NCBI RefSeq assembly: GCF_000189295.2
Contig: NC_016803.1
Coordinates: forward strand, 3,390,001-3,422,000
Length of the DNA stretch: 32,000 bases
Source of the DNA: Pseudodesulfovibrio mercurii
GTDB taxonomy: Bacteria > Desulfobacterota > Desulfovibrionia > Desulfovibrionales > Desulfovibrionaceae
Direction of reading: 5' to 3'
Each line of letters begins with the position of its first letter. The stretch's first letter is position 1. Position numbers and translations under genes: made by a program. The notes beneath the pieces were generated by a model that was not told the origin of the DNA, did not search any database, and saw only the letters and a program-made list of their open reading frames with translations. Below are positions 31,228 through 32,000 of this stretch, piece after piece.

Positions 31228-32000
31228 ATGACCCCCCTGGGCCGGAAGATCGCGGCGGCCATCCTCGGCACCACCCTGGTGGCCCTGGCCCTGAGCTTTC
31301 TCCTCAACGCCATCCCCATGGTCAACGCCTACCGTCAGGAGGGCGTGGACAAGGCCCGCTCCCTGGCCGAGCTCATGGCCCGCTCCCTGGCCGCGCCCGT
31401 GGACTTCGACGATCCCGAGGCCGCGGCCGAGAACCTGCGCACCCTGTCCCTCAATCCCAACGTGCTCGGAGCGGCCGTGTACCTCGGCAACGCCGCGCCC
31501 TTCGCCGTGTACGGCACGCCGCCGGACTTCGCCTCCCTGGCCGGGCCGGGGGTGACCACCTCCCTGTCCGCCCTGACCGTGGCGGCCGGGATTCCCTGCG
31601 GCAGCACCGGCTGCCTGGTGGTCCTGAACGTCTCCCTGGCCGGGCAGTGGGGGCTGCTCAAGTCCTACCTGGTCAGCGGCGGGCTCATCCTGCTCGGGGT
31701 GTTCGTCTTCTGCTTCAAGCTGGCGGGCACGTTCCGGCGCAGGCTCGGCGACCCCCTGCGCGAGCTGACCGAGGCCATCGGCGACATCTCCGGCAGCCGG
31801 GACTACTCCCGCCGCGTGGACTACCGCAGCGACGACGAGCTGGGCGTGCTCGTGGCCGAGTTCAACGCCATGCTCGAGCGCATCGAGGACCGCGACGACC
31901 GCTTGAACCGGCACCGCGAGATGCTCGAACAGCGGGTCGAGGAACGGACCCTGCAACTCAAGGTCAAGCAGCTCGAACTGCTCAAGAACAACCGCCAGCT
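31228..32000 (+). CDS. membrane sensor protein, N-terminal CHASE8-like periplasmic domain + HAMP + coiled coil; 3' end outside the window (kinase or cyclase output unknown)
   Basis: The frame is open from GTG 31201 / ATG 31228 to the window end, which is why it is absent from the ORF track (no stop). TM1 is IAAAILGTTLVALALSFLL. A ~120 aa domain follows (ARSLAELMARSLAAPVDFDDPEAAAENLRTLSLNPNVLGAAVY). TM2, then HAMP (LGDPLRELTEAIGDISGSRDYSRRV...DELGVLVAEFNAML). The GTG at 31201 overlaps the YfiR-like stop. Confidence 0.8.
   Translation, partial: MTPLGRKIAAAILGTTLVALALSFLLNAIPMVNAYRQEGVDKARSLAELMARSLAAPVDFDDPEAAAENLRTLSLNPNVLGAAVYLGNAAPFAVYGTPPDFASLAGPGVTTSLSALTVAAGIPCGSTGCLVVLNVSLAGQWGLLKSYLVSGGLILLGVFVFCFKLAGTFRRRLGDPLRELTEAIGDISGSRDYSRRVDYRSDDELGVLVAEFNAMLERIEDRDDRLNRHREMLEQRVEERTLQLKVKQLELLKNNRQ

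Noticed and set aside
1-32000. CRISPR arrays, tRNA, rRNA, integrons, prophage or defence-system genes.
   Set aside because: I saw no regularly spaced repeats, no cloverleaf-like or rRNA-like segments, and no nuclease, methylase or integrase-like ORFs on either strand. Intergenic space is small and accounted for by the promoters and terminators listed.

Overview
This is a high-GC bacterial chromosomal window. Its gene content resembles a Desulfovibrionales-type sulfate reducer, but that placement is an inference. All family calls come from motif recognition by eye on the supplied translations; no searches were run.

Contents in order:
1. The 3' part of a heme-copper cytochrome c oxidase operon: subunits I, III and IV, subunit II fused to a di-heme cytochrome c, heme O synthase, and a small 4-TM His-rich protein.
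2. A convergent SIMPL protein, then a secreted thioredoxin-like protein and a peroxiredoxin.
3. A translationally coupled minus-strand signalling module: a type-I periplasmic solute-binding lipoprotein, a PAS histidine kinase whose HAMP linker carries a four-Cys insertion, and a REC-STAS response regulator.
4. A periplasmic selenocysteine formate dehydrogenase FdhAB. An in-frame TGA at 13852-13854 splits fdhA into two track ORFs. The locus also has fdhE, fdhD, a small leader ORF, and an IS1595/ISXO2-like transposase homologue with no visible IS ends.
5. A Met-rich acidic EF-hand protein.
6. A flagellar operon, sigma-flgD-flgE-flgK-flgL-fliD, headed by a short ECF-like sigma factor. A near-consensus sigma-54 promoter sits upstream of it, and a flagellin gene lies next to it.
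7. An OmpR-type regulator, a TonB-dependent receptor, a YfiR/DUF4154 protein and a CHASE8-HAMP sensor that runs off the window.

I found no rRNA, tRNA or CRISPR array. Most long ORFs opposite the called genes are GC-driven shadow ORFs.

The best candidates for something undescribed are the ECF-like sigma factor fused into the hook operon, the TonB-receptor/YfiR-like/CHASE8 two-component cluster, the Cys-insert kinase with its REC-STAS output, and the apparently domesticated transposase inside the FDH maturation locus.
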